Position numbers and translations under genes: made by a program. A stretch of DNA of 63,308 nucleotides, filler included, from an uncultured bacterium (lineage in GTDB: Bacteria > Latescibacterota > UBA2968): the NCBI GenBank assembly GCA_964471275.1. It is 5 parts of 5 records of this genome, joined end to end, with 100 filler letters (N's around TTAATTAATTAA, not from the genome) between each part and the next. Parts side by side here need not be neighbours in the genome. Positions count along the whole stretch, not along the records: positions 1 to 12,707 come from CAYYGZ010000142.1; 4 more parts are not named here. One strand, given 5' to 3'. The notes below the pieces were generated by a model. It did not search any database. It was given only the letters and a program-made list of their open reading frames with translations, and was not told the DNA's origin. Below, one piece after another: positions 1 through 9,627 of the stretch (position 1 is its first letter; every line of letters begins with the position of its first letter).

Positions 1-160
1 AGTTATAATCCTAGTTGTCCCAGTTACGGGACTAATTTGTTACTCAATGTTACTCAAATGGTCCTCGAGACAAAAGCCGCGAGGACTTATCAGTCTTTCT
101 TGAGACCCATGCACGCTATTCGGTTTTCAAAGAGCAGGAAGCCAAACTCCACTTCCGTGG
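1..160 (-). promoter_or_regulatory. rRNA operon 5' leader with boxA antiterminator; 16S gene expected just beyond the scaffold end
   Basis: Minus strand reads TGCTCTTTGAAAA at 124-136 (rrn boxA-type), downstream of two sigma70 promoters. Non-coding and AT-rich. Scaffold ends at ...GGATTATAACT. No 16S sequence itself is present. Confidence 0.7.
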
Positions 161-169
161 CAGATTTTA

Positions 170-198
170 AACTTAAATCCTGGCTAATAATCTGTCAA
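170..198 (-). promoter_or_regulatory. sigma70 promoter (rrn P2-like)
   Basis: TTGACA-17 nt-TAAGTT on the minus strand. Confidence 0.65.
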
Positions 199-251
199 GA
201 TTTAATTCCGCAAAACTGATAGTTGATCCAGATTTCTTGCGGAGGATTGAG

Positions 252-280
252 AATATACCAGGGTCGATACCCAATGTCAA
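252..280 (-). promoter_or_regulatory. sigma70 promoter (rrn P1-like)
   Basis: TTGACA-17 nt-TATATT on the minus strand, near consensus. Confidence 0.8.
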
Positions 281-324
281 GAAACCTGTAACAATCCAGT
301 CATACTGCGGACAAACAATCGGAA

Positions 325-769
325 TCAGGCGAATTTCATACGTCCTTCGACTTCTCTGCCATACAGTTCTTGCACATCGGCATCTGTCCATACCCGAACA
401 CGAAATGTCAGCCTGATTCCTTCCGCCAGGCCTCGCGCAATCTGTAGGATATGGTCAGGATAGGTTTCGGCGTCAAAACGCTTGAGGAGCCGCCCGCGCT
501 CCGCGTAGGCTTCCTCGATGACGACGAGCACCCCCAGAGNNNNNNNNNNCTTCGCGGATCTCCTTCGCCGTTTCGAACGTCAGGAGCTTGAATGCGACGA
601 CGGGCAGAGACTCGACCCCGATACGCTCACCCCGTCGGTCCAGCCAGACGGTATCTCCTGCCGCGCTCTTCTTATAGCTGCGACGCGTCTCGTAACCCAG
701 GGCATCGCCGATCCCGATCAGCTTTGCCTGGTATGCCTGTACTAACGACTGGGAGGATGCACGTATCAT
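325..769 (-). CDS. hypothetical protein spanning a 10-N gap (540-549); possible degenerate PD-(D/E)XK-like fold
   Basis: ORFs 473-769 and 325-531 join across the gap. Start overlaps the upstream stop (ATGA). LGY...DTVW...PVVAF pattern. Confidence 0.6.
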
Positions 770-1242
770 CGGAAACTAGCCTCTCCTAGGTCGGATTCAC
801 CCTCGAATTGCCCCAAATGCGCGATCGCCTCTTCAAGATCTTTCCGCACCCATTCATCTGGTTCCCCGCCCAACGCTTCTCGAAGCGCCGGCAGCGCGTC
901 TGGTTCCTCCATCTGCATGAGCGCACGGCTGGCAGATTGACGTACGCGAGGCTCGGAATCCCCCAGAAGTGCGCACACCTCGATGACAGACCCCTTCGCC
1001 TGCAACATTCCGAGTGCCCAGGCAGCTTTGGCCCTGACCTCAACGACAGAATCACGGAGTGCCTCGCTCAACCGGGGAATCGCATCACGATCTCTCTGGG
1101 AACCGAGAAACTCTATCGCCCTGACCCGAACCTCTGCCTCCGGGGATACCAGATCGGCCTTAAAGGACTGTTCCTGACAACCCGACAGAAGCAAAATGAC
1201 CGGCAGGACGCTGCTAGAAAGCCTTTTCCAAAGCACTCGCAT
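766..1242 (-). CDS. HEAT-repeat (PBS lyase-like) lipoprotein
   Basis: Lipobox LLLSGC after a signal peptide; repeated VRxxAxxALG units; start re-placed at ATG 1242. Confidence 0.85.
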   Translation of the reverse strand: MRVLWKRLSSSVLPVILLLSGCQEQSFKADLVSPEAEVRVRAIEFLGSQRDRDAIPRLSEALRDSVVEVRAKAAWALGMLQAKGSVIEVCALLGDSEPRVRQSASRALMQMEEPDALPALREALGGEPDEWVRKDLEEAIAHLGQFEGESDLGEASFR

Positions 1243-2512
1243 TTGCCTCGATCGTCTTGTCGATATCGTCATTCGAGTGCGCGTCGGAGACAAAGACGGC
1301 TTCGAACTGGGACGGCGCAATATAGATGCCCTCGTCCAGCATTCCCCAGAAGTAGCGCGAGAAGGCGCCCTGGTCGGTCGCGCAGGCGGCTTCGAAGTTG
1401 GTTACAGTCTCCCTTGTGCAGAACAGGGTCATCATGGAGCCGACCCGATTGATCGTGTAGCCAAGCCCTGCATCAGCGATGTTCTTCAGAAAGCCGGCTT
1501 CGAGGCGAGAGGCCTTTTCCTCAAGCCGACCGTAGACCTCTCCGGATTTCAAGGCCTTCAGCATTTCGAGCCCCGCCGTCATCGCCAACGGGTTCCCTGA
1601 AAGCGTGCCAGCCTGACTCACCTTCTTTCCGAGTGGAGAGATATCTGACAGGATTTCCTTCTTGCCACCGAAGGCCCCCACAGGAAGCCCGCCGCCGATG
1701 ATCTTCCCGAGTGTCGTTATGTCCGGAATAACACCATAAAGCTCCTGCGCACCGCCTGGTCCGGCCCGGAAACCGGAAATCACCTCGTCGAAGATCAGGA
1801 TGATTCCAAGGTCCGTTGTCATCTGACGGAGTCCCTCGAGGAATCTCGGAACCGGTGGAATCAGGCCCATATTGCCCGCAATCGGCTCGACGATAATTGC
1901 TGCGAGGTCGTCCTTGTTTTCGTTCACGACCTTCTGAACGGTCTCCAGGTCATTGAAGGGCGCGGTTACGGTATCCGACGCTGTCCCCTCGGTGACACCG
2001 GGACTGTCAGGCGCTCCCGTCGTCAATGCCGACGAGCCCGCTTGAATAAGGAAACTATCTGCGTGACCGTGCCAGCACCCCTCGAACTTCATCACCTTGC
2101 TACGCCCCGTGTGGCCACGCGCCAGACGGACGGCGGACATGGTCGCCTCGGTCCCGGAGTTCACCATCCGCACCATCTCCACCGACGGGACCATCTCACA
2201 CACCAGCTCCGCCAGGTCGATCTCCGCTCGTGTCGGCGCCCCGAAACTCACCCCGCTCTCGATCGTCTTGTTCAGCGCACTGACGATCGTGGGATTGGCG
2301 TGCCCCAGGATGAGCGGACCCCAAGAGCAGACGTAGTCGACATAGCTGTTCCCGTCTGCGTCGTAAATCCGCGATCCCTCACCCCGCTCGATGAACACCG
2401 GGTCCCCGCCAACCGACCCGAAGGCACGTGCAGGACTGTTCACGCCCCCGGGAATCGACTGGATTGCTCTCTCATACAGCGACTTCGATGTATCTCTCAA
2501 TTCTTCCTCCAA
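1214..2512 (-). CDS. hemL: glutamate-1-semialdehyde 2,1-aminomutase
   Basis: PGGVNSPARAF, NSGTEATMSA, FDEVISGFR, LGKIIGGGLP (PLP Lys), QAGTLSGNP. Confidence 0.97.
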   Translation of the reverse strand: MEEELRDTSKSLYERAIQSIPGGVNSPARAFGSVGGDPVFIERGEGSRIYDADGNSYVDYVCSWGPLILGHANPTIVSALNKTIESGVSFGAPTRAEIDLAELVCEMVPSVEMVRMVNSGTEATMSAVRLARGHTGRSKVMKFEGCWHGHADSFLIQAGSSALTTGAPDSPGVTEGTASDTVTAPFNDLETVQKVVNENKDDLAAIIVEPIAGNMGLIPPVPRFLEGLRQMTTDLGIILIFDEVISGFRAGPGGAQELYGVIPDITTLGKIIGGGLPVGAFGGKKEILSDISPLGKKVSQAGTLSGNPLAMTAGLEMLKALKSGEVYGRLEEKASRLEAGFLKNIADAGLGYTINRVGSMMTLFCTRETVTNFEAACATDQGAFSRYFWGMLDEGIYIAPSQFEAVFVSDAHSNDDIDKTIEANASALEKAF

Positions 2513-2566
2513 AAGCGAGATTCACATAAGTAGACGGCGAGTAAGCTAACGCGACCTCCTGCACTG

Positions 2567-3388
2567 TCAAGACCCGGATGGCGCCTCGATGTTGGTTCCG
2601 GACCGGCTCGCGGCCTCGTAGAGCACGATTGACGCAGCCACGGACAGGTTGAGGGATCGAATCGTTCCTCGCATCGGAATAGACACGAGGGCACTACACA
2701 CATCGACAAGTTCTTGCGGCAAGCCCTTCTGCTCATTCCCCATTACGATACCCGCCGGGAGCGCGTAATCCAATTCGCGGTAGTTGACCGATCCCCTGGC
2801 AGAGGTCCCGATCAGCGGGAGCTCCCCTTCTAACGCCCAAGAGACGAAGCCCTCCAACCTTCTCTCTGTTGCGACAGGTATCCGGAACACGGATCCCATG
2901 CTGGCCCTCAATGCCCTTGGATCGAAAGGATCTGTCGCATTGCCCACCAGCACGATGGCGGACGCGCCGGCACAGTATGCCGTTCGGATGATTGTACCAA
3001 GATTCCCGGGGTCCTGCGGCTCGACAAGCACAGCAATCATCGACCTGGCGTTGATCACCACTCCCCCAAGACTCACATCCCGTGTCGAGACGATCGCCCC
3101 GAGACCCGCAGGACCGTCGCGCTCGGACAGTCGCTCAAAGATCTCGGCGGTGACCGGGCGAGCGTCCACATCTGCTCTTGCTAGTAATTCCGGCGCTGCC
3201 TCACTCCTCAGCAACTCCGGAGAATACACGACCGTCTGCACATCCCAGCCGGACTCAATCGCCTCCAGAACCGGCGCCAGACCTTCGACCCAGCACGCGC
3301 GTTCACGGGCCCTTCCCTTCCGTGACTTGACCGATCGCACGCGTTTGACCAGCGGATTCTGTGCACTCCTGATCATCTCGATATCCAT
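2567..3388 (-). CDS. TrmH/SpoU-family RNA methyltransferase
   Basis: QDPGNLGTIIRTA, GNEQKGL and SLNLSVAA SPOUT motifs; start re-placed at ATG 3388. Confidence 0.93.
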   Translation of the reverse strand: MDIEMIRSAQNPLVKRVRSVKSRKGRARERACWVEGLAPVLEAIESGWDVQTVVYSPELLRSEAAPELLARADVDARPVTAEIFERLSERDGPAGLGAIVSTRDVSLGGVVINARSMIAVLVEPQDPGNLGTIIRTAYCAGASAIVLVGNATDPFDPRALRASMGSVFRIPVATERRLEGFVSWALEGELPLIGTSARGSVNYRELDYALPAGIVMGNEQKGLPQELVDVCSALVSIPMRGTIRSLNLSVAASIVLYEAASRSGTNIEAPSGS

Positions 3389-3425
3389 CAAAACTTCCCA
3401 TCTATTCCTGGTAAACTGAGGTTCC

Positions 3426-3454
3426 TTGCACGCGTAAATATCATTGGGTATATT
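3426..3454 (+). promoter_or_regulatory. sigma70 promoter of the tRNA gene
   Basis: TTGCAC-17 nt-TATATT, 10 nt upstream of the tRNA. Confidence 0.7.
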
Positions 3455-3464
3455 CAATTCGCAA

Positions 3465-3541
3465 GCGGCTGTAGCTCAATTGGATAGAGCATCTGACTTC
3501 GGATCAAAGGGTTGGGGGTTCGAGTCCTCTCAGCCGTGCCA
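3465..3541 (+). tRNA. tRNA-Arg, anticodon TCG
   Basis: Acceptor stem GCGGCTG/CAGCCGT, D-arm GCTC/GAGC, anticodon loop CT-TCG-GA, T-loop TTCGAGT, encoded CCA; 77 nt. Confidence 0.95.
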
Positions 3542-3548
3542 GTTTTGA

Positions 3549-3580
3549 GGCCCTGGTGGTTCAGTCCGCCAGGGTCATCT
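3549..3580 (+). terminator. hairpin after the tRNA (possible terminator)
   Basis: GGCCCTGGTGG-ttcagt-CCGCCAGGGTC with a weak U-tract. Confidence 0.4.
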
Positions 3581-3696
3581 CTTATGTAGGGTTCAGCTCT
3601 GTTGACCTGGTTTGCGATTTCGCCCAACTTTGAGCCCCAAGCGAAAACAGAGAACCACGTCAAACCGAGTTCGAAGAACTCGCACGATCGGATCCG

Positions 3697-6438
3697 ATGG
3701 ATACCATAACCATCCGCGGCGCCCGCCAGCACAATCTCAAAGACATCGACGTCGACGTCCCGAGAGGGAAACTGGTCGTCGTGACCGGCCCGTCAGGATC
3801 CGGAAAATCCTCGCTCGTATTCGACACGATCTATGCAGAGGGACAGAGAAGATACGTCGAGTCGCTCTCTACGCACACCCGACAATTCCTGAACCTGATG
3901 GAAAAGCCCGATGTCGATCGAATCGAGGGGCTTTCTCCTGCTGTCGCAATCCAGCAGCGGTCGGGAACCCGATCCCGTCGATCCACCGTCGGGACCATCA
4001 CTGAAATCCACGATCACCTGCGCCTCCTCTTTGCCCGCGCTGGACAGCCTCACTGTCACCAGTGCGGGCGTGAGCTGTCTCACGAAACGGTTGATGGTAT
4101 AACCGACCGCATCCTGTCTCTGGAGGAAGGGACGCGTTTTCAGCTGCTCGCGCCATATCGATCCGGAAAGAGCGATGCCAACACGATAATCGACGACCTC
4201 CGCCGCGAAGGATATGTTCGCGTGCGCGTAAACGGGAAAATCATCCCGATCGATGAAGCGACGGTTCCGAAGGATGACACGATCGAGGTGGTCGTCGACC
4301 GTCTGGTTGTGGGACCGAATGTGAGCAGACGGTTGGCCGACTCACTCGAAACCGCGCTGAGCCTGAGCCAGGGCATTGTCCACGTCGACGTGCCCGGTGA
4401 AGAACCTCTCGAGTTCACGACGCAGCTGATCTGCCCGGCGTGTGAAATCACGATTCCCGAGCCGGAGCCCAGGCTGTTCAGCTTCAACAGCCCGTCCGGT
4501 GCGTGTCCGGACTGTAATGGACTCGGTGAAACACTCGTAGTCGACCCGGATCGAATTGTTGAAGATGAAGAGAAGTCAATCGGGGAGGGGGTCATCGCTC
4601 CCTTCGGTGTTCCGAAGGGGAAGGCGGCGGCAGAGCGATACCAGGCCCTCGGCGACAAGCTCGGATTCAACCTGATGACCCCGCTGAAGGACTTCACCGA
4701 TCGGGCTCGCAAGGCCTTCCTGCACGGTTCAAAGTCTCCAAGATTTGAGGGCATTATCCCGGAGATCCAGCGGCGGCTGGACGAAAGCGGCGAGGATCGG
4801 GACCGGTTTGAAGCCTACGCCAGACCGACCGAGTGTGCTGCCTGTGGGGGTTCACGCCTCAGGGCCGAGGCGCGGTCGGTGCGACTCGCGAACCGTTCAC
4901 TGGTCGAGGTCATCGATACCGAGATCGACGAACTGATACGCTATTTCAAGGTTCTGCCGATCCCCGATCACACGCGCGAAGTCATCGGACCGATCGTGCA
5001 GGAGATACAGAATCGGTTGGCATTCCTGAATCACGTCGGTGTCGGTTATCTGACCCTAGCGCGTCGCGGCAACACTCTCTCCGGGGGCGAGCTCCAGCGT
5101 ATCCGTTTGGCGACTCAGATCGGATCACGGCTGGTCGGTGTTCTATACGTATTGGATGAACCAAGCATTGGCCTCCACCCCAGGGACAACCGGCGACTGA
5201 TCGACACCGTGAGAGAACTCAAAGACCTGGGTAACTCGGTCCTGATCGTCGAACACGATCGCGAGATGATCGAGACAGCCGATCACGTCATCGACCTGGG
5301 TCCCGGTGCCGGGGAGCTTGGCGGACAAATCACAGCAGAGGGCACGCCGGAATCACTGCCGCAGGACGGTTCCTCGATAACGGGAATCTACCTTGCCGGT
5401 CACAAGAACCTGAGTCGTAGAGACTCGGTGAGACAGCCACTCAGATGGCTGAAACTCAAGAACGCGACCGGGCACAACCTGAAAGGGACAGACCTCGAAA
5501 TCCCACTGGCCACCTTCGTTTGCGTTACCGGCATATCCGGATCCGGCAAATCCACCCTCGTAAATCACACGCTTTATCCGGCCCTGGCTCAGAAACTGTA
5601 CAGAGCGCGAACCGAGCCGCTGCCGCACGAGGGCATCGAAGGCTCGGACCAGGTCGACAAAGTCATCCGGATCGACCAGTCACCGATCGGAAGAACGCCA
5701 CGATCGAACCCGGCCACTTACACCGGAGTCTTCGGCGCGATCAGGGACATCTTCGCCCAATTGCCGGAATCCAAGGTGCGCGGTTACGGCCCGGGCCGTT
5801 TCAGCTTCAACACGCGCGGAGGACGGTGCGAAGTCTGCCGAGGCGATGGCATCACGAAGGTCGAAATGCACTTCTTGCCGGACGCCTATGTCACGTGCGA
5901 CGCTTGCGGCGGAAAGAGATTCAATCGTGAAACACTCGAGGTGAGCTACAAGGGCTCGACGATCGCTGACGTGCTGGACATGACCGTCGATCGCTCCCAC
6001 ACATTCTTCCGTGACATCCCGCAGATACAGCGTCGGCTCAAATCGCTGGCAACGGTCGGGCTGGGATATATCCGGCTGGGTCAGGCTGGAACGGCGCTTT
6101 CCGGAGGGGAAGCGCAACGGGTCAAGCTGGCAACGGAGCTTGCAAAATCGGCAACCGGCAATACACTATACCTGTTGGACGAGCCGACAACGGGGCTACA
6201 TTTCGAGGACATTCGGATCCTGCTCGAAGTGCTTCAGCGACTCGTCGACGAAGGCAACACGGTTGTCGTGATCGAGCACAATCTGGATGTCATCGCGCAA
6301 TCGGACTGGATCATAGACGTCGGACCGGGAGGGGGCCCGGACGGTGGCGAGATCGTAGCTCACGGTCCCCCTGACACAGTGCTAGGAATCGACCGGTCTG
6401 AGACCGGTCGATTCCTAGCAGAGGTTGCAGCCACATGA
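3697..6438 (+). CDS. uvrA: excinuclease ABC subunit A
   Basis: GARQHNLK, two Walker A motifs ([16 protein letters not shown]), LSGGE signatures, Zn fingers, [13 protein letters not shown]. Confidence 0.98.
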   Translation: MDTITIRGARQHNLKDIDVDVPRGKLVVVTGPSGSGKSSLVFDTIYAEGQRRYVESLSTHTRQFLNLMEKPDVDRIEGLSPAVAIQQRSGTRSRRSTVGTITEIHDHLRLLFARAGQPHCHQCGRELSHETVDGITDRILSLEEGTRFQLLAPYRSGKSDANTIIDDLRREGYVRVRVNGKIIPIDEATVPKDDTIEVVVDRLVVGPNVSRRLADSLETALSLSQGIVHVDVPGEEPLEFTTQLICPACEITIPEPEPRLFSFNSPSGACPDCNGLGETLVVDPDRIVEDEEKSIGEGVIAPFGVPKGKAAAERYQALGDKLGFNLMTPLKDFTDRARKAFLHGSKSPRFEGIIPEIQRRLDESGEDRDRFEAYARPTECAACGGSRLRAEARSVRLANRSLVEVIDTEIDELIRYFKVLPIPDHTREVIGPIVQEIQNRLAFLNHVGVGYLTLARRGNTLSGGELQRIRLATQIGSRLVGVLYVLDEPSIGLHPRDNRRLIDTVRELKDLGNSVLIVEHDREMIETADHVIDLGPGAGELGGQITAEGTPESLPQDGSSITGIYLAGHKNLSRRDSVRQPLRWLKLKNATGHNLKGTDLEIPLATFVCVTGISGSGKSTLVNHTLYPALAQKLYRARTEPLPHEGIEGSDQVDKVIRIDQSPIGRTPRSNPATYTGVFGAIRDIFAQLPESKVRGYGPGRFSFNTRGGRCEVCRGDGITKVEMHFLPDAYVTCDACGGKRFNRETLEVSYKGSTIADVLDMTVDRSHTFFRDIPQIQRRLKSLATVGLGYIRLGQAGTALSGGEAQRVKLATELAKSATGNTLYLLDEPTTGLHFEDIRILLEVLQRLVDEGNTVVVIEHNLDVIAQSDWIIDVGPGGGPDGGEIVAHGPPDTVLGIDRSETGRFLAEVAAT

Positions 6439-7085
6439 TTCGTATCGACTTTGGGACGCTATTCGAGTTCGAGCAGGATGATGCGGGCAAGAAGGACGAC
6501 AATCGCAACAAGATGGGCGACTTCATCGCCCTGTGCGAAAAGCACGATGCTACGGTTATTGAGCAAAAGGATTGGAACGCACCCGACCTGATTCACTTCG
6601 TCGCAGTGTGCGATCACGTCACCCTCACGATGACGATCTCGGAGCGTCATTTGCGTATTCAGGCCAGCCAGATCCGCGAGAAATTCAAAACCTTCCGCGC
6701 GGAATATGTTTCTGTACCCGACCGCCTGGCGGTGTCGATCGAGCAGCCCCCGGCTGACAAATTGAATCTGCAGGAGATCGTACCGTGTCAGAACTGCGGC
6801 CAGAAAACACCCTATGACGGGTATTTCCAGCATTGCGTGCATTGTGGAGACAAGCTCAACACGCTCGTCAAAACGTGCGGCGCCTGTGACAAAGGCGTGA
6901 TGTATCACCCTTCGTTCGGGTTCTGTCCTGTGTGCGGTGGCGAGCTTAAGCCGGACTTTTACGGTTCTCCGCCTCTCAACGAGCTCGATCCAAACGTCCT
7001 GATCTGGGGGATCCCTTCCCGGGAGGAGGATGAAGGGGCGAGTGAGCCGCCAGGACCGGGTGGGAATCCGGGACCGACGATATAG
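6435..7085 (+). CDS. double zinc-ribbon domain protein
   Basis: Four CxxC pairs (CQNC, CVHC, CGAC, CPVC); ATGA overlap with the uvrA stop. Confidence 0.75.
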   Translation: MIRIDFGTLFEFEQDDAGKKDDNRNKMGDFIALCEKHDATVIEQKDWNAPDLIHFVAVCDHVTLTMTISERHLRIQASQIREKFKTFRAEYVSVPDRLAVSIEQPPADKLNLQEIVPCQNCGQKTPYDGYFQHCVHCGDKLNTLVKTCGACDKGVMYHPSFGFCPVCGGELKPDFYGSPPLNELDPNVLIWGIPSREEDEGASEPPGPGGNPGPTI

Positions 7086-7162
7086 ACGCACTTCCCAACC
7101 CAGGTACGACATAGAAGTACGCTAGCCCAACAGCCAACGCACACACCGGGCGTTCCCACCAC

Positions 7163-7207
7163 CTTCAAAGGGAGAGAGGGCGATACGGTCGAACCGGATG
7201 AGGGCCT
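7163..7207. repeat. degenerate REP-like element (GGGAGAG...GGATGAGGG type)
   Basis: Resembles the widespread CCCTCTCCC/GGGAGAGGG..GGTGAGGG intergenic repeat; lies between convergent genes. Confidence 0.35.
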
Positions 7208-7393
7208 GGGCCCGGTGGCTCTACGTAAAGAAAACTCTCATTGGGTCGCAACACGTGGTGGATCGCCGTCTACCAGAGGCTGTCGTTCGCCAACAAAGGT
7301 ATCGTGAGAACCCCGCGATCACTGTCCACGAGCAAGGCCTCTCGACACACCCTCCTGGCGGAGGGCACTCGAGGACACGGGGCCATTTTCTTT

Positions 7394-8836
7394 TCAGCTC
7401 TTCTTCGCCAGCTTCTCGTACTCCTTCTTCCCCTTCTCGAACAACTCCATCACGGCCTCCCGCTGGTCGTCACCGGTATACCGTCCCGTGTGACGCACCC
7501 ACTCCTCGGATTGGTCGATGGATTTCAGGAAATACGCCGCATCCTTCTTCTGGTTCATATTGACCTTCCCGTTCTGCAGGTATACGGGACTCGTGTGTGC
7601 AAACACCGCCTGGTTGTAGCTATCACGCGCAGTCCCGTTGCAGCGAACCGCGATCCAACCGTTCGAGTCTACCGGCAGTTCCGCCTCCCACTCACCCTCA
7701 TAGGATCCGGTCGCGAAGCTCCGTCGCTTGGCAACACGCCCGTTGTGCACGATTGCAAGCCGATTGATCGGATAATGTGACTGCCAGGTCACACGCACAT
7801 TCACCTTGCGATCGTTCCTGAACCAGAGCATATCGCCCGGACGCTTGTCCTCCACGTCGATGAACAATGCGGGGCCGTTCGTAATGAAGGTCCTCCCCTT
7901 CTGCATTCCCTCCAGCCATCCGTCATACCCAAACTTCTCGTCCATCTGCACATAGACCCGGTTGTTTGAGCAGACAAACCAATCCGTTCCCGTCGAAGCG
8001 GGAAGCTTTATGCCGCAATTCATCAGGCGATACCAGATGTCATACTCCGGATCCATCCAGAATGGGTCGAACAGATTGAACGCATCGAGCTTGCCGAGAA
8101 CGGCGGCGACCGGGGCCTCCATTCCCTGCCCGTTGTGGCACCACAGCACGATGCCGCCTTGCTCGCGGGCCTCATCGCACGCCCAACACAACGGCGGAAA
8201 GTCGGGATGAAAATCGTCGACGAGAAACCCACGGCTGACCGGGTCGACCTGGTTACGTATCCGGAGAAACATCACGTGACCGTAGGCAAAGCGGTTCTTT
8301 GTGTCGTTGTGCCGGTTCTCCTCACCGATATCGACCACGTGATGTGCGGTCGAATACTCGTTCATGATCCCGAGCGGGAACCGGTTGCTGGCATACTCGA
8401 GGTCCCAGCGCTTGAGGATACTGACAACCGTTACATTATATGTTTCTACCTGTGAATCGTATGCAAGCCGGTCGTACGGTCGTGTCTCTTTCTCGTCGTA
8501 ATGGATGTGCGTGTTGCCCGGATACCAGCCGGCTTCTGGCAGATCGATCCAGCGCTTGAGCTCGATGATGACATCCTTGGTGCCCTGCTTTGCCACATCG
8601 AAAGTCGTCTTTGAGGGCTGATACTCCGTACCCCGCTCGACGATCACATCGACCTGTCCCCGGGGTGCCTGGACCTCGAACTCCCCATCCGAATAGAAAA
8701 AAGGCGACCCCGGCCCCACCTTATCGATACTGCCAGGTGGCTTCAGGAATCGCCCACTTGATGAAACGACCTGCACTTTTGAGACGACCTTCTCACCGGA
8801 AACCGCGTCAACAATCACGCCTTTGATCCGGCCCAT
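7394..8836 (-). CDS. CehA/McbA-family (PHP-like) metallohydrolase
   Basis: N-terminal carboxypeptidase-regulatory-like domain, GWYPGNTHIH, WYRLMNCG, GTD, GRTFITNGP, AHTSPVY. Confidence 0.8.
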   Translation of the reverse strand: MGRIKGVIVDAVSGEKVVSKVQVVSSSGRFLKPPGSIDKVGPGSPFFYSDGEFEVQAPRGQVDVIVERGTEYQPSKTTFDVAKQGTKDVIIELKRWIDLPEAGWYPGNTHIHYDEKETRPYDRLAYDSQVETYNVTVVSILKRWDLEYASNRFPLGIMNEYSTAHHVVDIGEENRHNDTKNRFAYGHVMFLRIRNQVDPVSRGFLVDDFHPDFPPLCWACDEAREQGGIVLWCHNGQGMEAPVAAVLGKLDAFNLFDPFWMDPEYDIWYRLMNCGIKLPASTGTDWFVCSNNRVYVQMDEKFGYDGWLEGMQKGRTFITNGPALFIDVEDKRPGDMLWFRNDRKVNVRVTWQSHYPINRLAIVHNGRVAKRRSFATGSYEGEWEAELPVDSNGWIAVRCNGTARDSYNQAVFAHTSPVYLQNGKVNMNQKKDAAYFLKSIDQSEEWVRHTGRYTGDDQREAVMELFEKGKKEYEKLAKKS

Positions 8837-9008
8837 AGTGCTCTCCTCTGCGCGCGTTAGGGGTAACTGCTCAGCCTCATTCTGTCACGATCCACCCCAT
8901 AAGTCAAACGCCCCGGTCGAGGATTGGGACTCGGCCAGGGCTTCGTGATGTGCTCCGCATCCGGGGCACGACACGCGAAGGCAGCCTTCGTGTCTTTGCA
9001 GTTCTGAT

Positions 9009-9548
9009 CTATCTCGGAAGATTCACTGGATCGATCTCTTTCAGTTTGGGACTTGTCGCATCCCGTTCAGAGATGGTTGGCGCACCGGATCCCCAGTCGA
9101 TCCCAATCTCCGGATCATTCCAAGCCACGGCATTCTCATCCGTTCCGTCGTAGTAGTTGTCCACGAGGTATATCAGGACAATGTCCGACATCGTCAGGAA
9201 ACCGTGCGCAATGCCGATCGGAATGTAGATGCCCTTCGGATCTCCGGAATCGAGATCAATCGTCTCGGTCGCCATATGCGTGATCGACGAGGGCCGCAGA
9301 TCGCACAGCCCGACGCGGATCTTCCCGCTGCCCAGATACCAGTAGTCGATCTGTCGATGGTGGTAGTGCAAGCCGCGCACGACCCCCTTGTCCGAGTAGG
9401 ACGCGTTCATCTGAATTTTTCCGAAATTCCGCTGAGGGAACCACTCCTTCCGAAACGTCTCCACAAATCGGCCACGCTGATCTGAATGGCCCACCAGATC
9501 CACGATCTGGACGCCTTCTATCTTCTCTGAATCCCTTATCTCCGCCAT
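9009..9548 (-). CDS. rfbC: dTDP-4-dehydrorhamnose 3,5-epimerase
   Basis: DQRGRFVETFR, VVRGLHYH, IPIGIAHGF, WNDPEIGIDW; start re-placed at ATG 9548. Confidence 0.93.
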   Translation of the reverse strand: MAEIRDSEKIEGVQIVDLVGHSDQRGRFVETFRKEWFPQRNFGKIQMNASYSDKGVVRGLHYHHRQIDYWYLGSGKIRVGLCDLRPSSITHMATETIDLDSGDPKGIYIPIGIAHGFLTMSDIVLIYLVDNYYDGTDENAVAWNDPEIGIDWGSGAPTISERDATSPKLKEIDPVNLPR

Positions 9549-9627
9549 CTTGTCTAGCCTCCTACCACTTACCTGGCAGTCTGGACGGGCGTTCGGTTGT
9601 CCACACACAAGGCCGGCAGCATCACGG

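Noticed and set aside
808..1452. Many 100-280 aa overlapping ORFs (e.g. 808-1452, 2784-3419, 26553-27404, 61884-62678)
   Set aside because: Antisense or off-frame shadows of well-supported genes, expected at this GC content
3542..3696. tRNA-Arg as an island integration site, and a LexA box before uvrA
   Set aside because: No integrase or duplicated tRNA 3' end. The GAGTTC-GAA-GAACTC palindrome matches no LexA consensus I can support.
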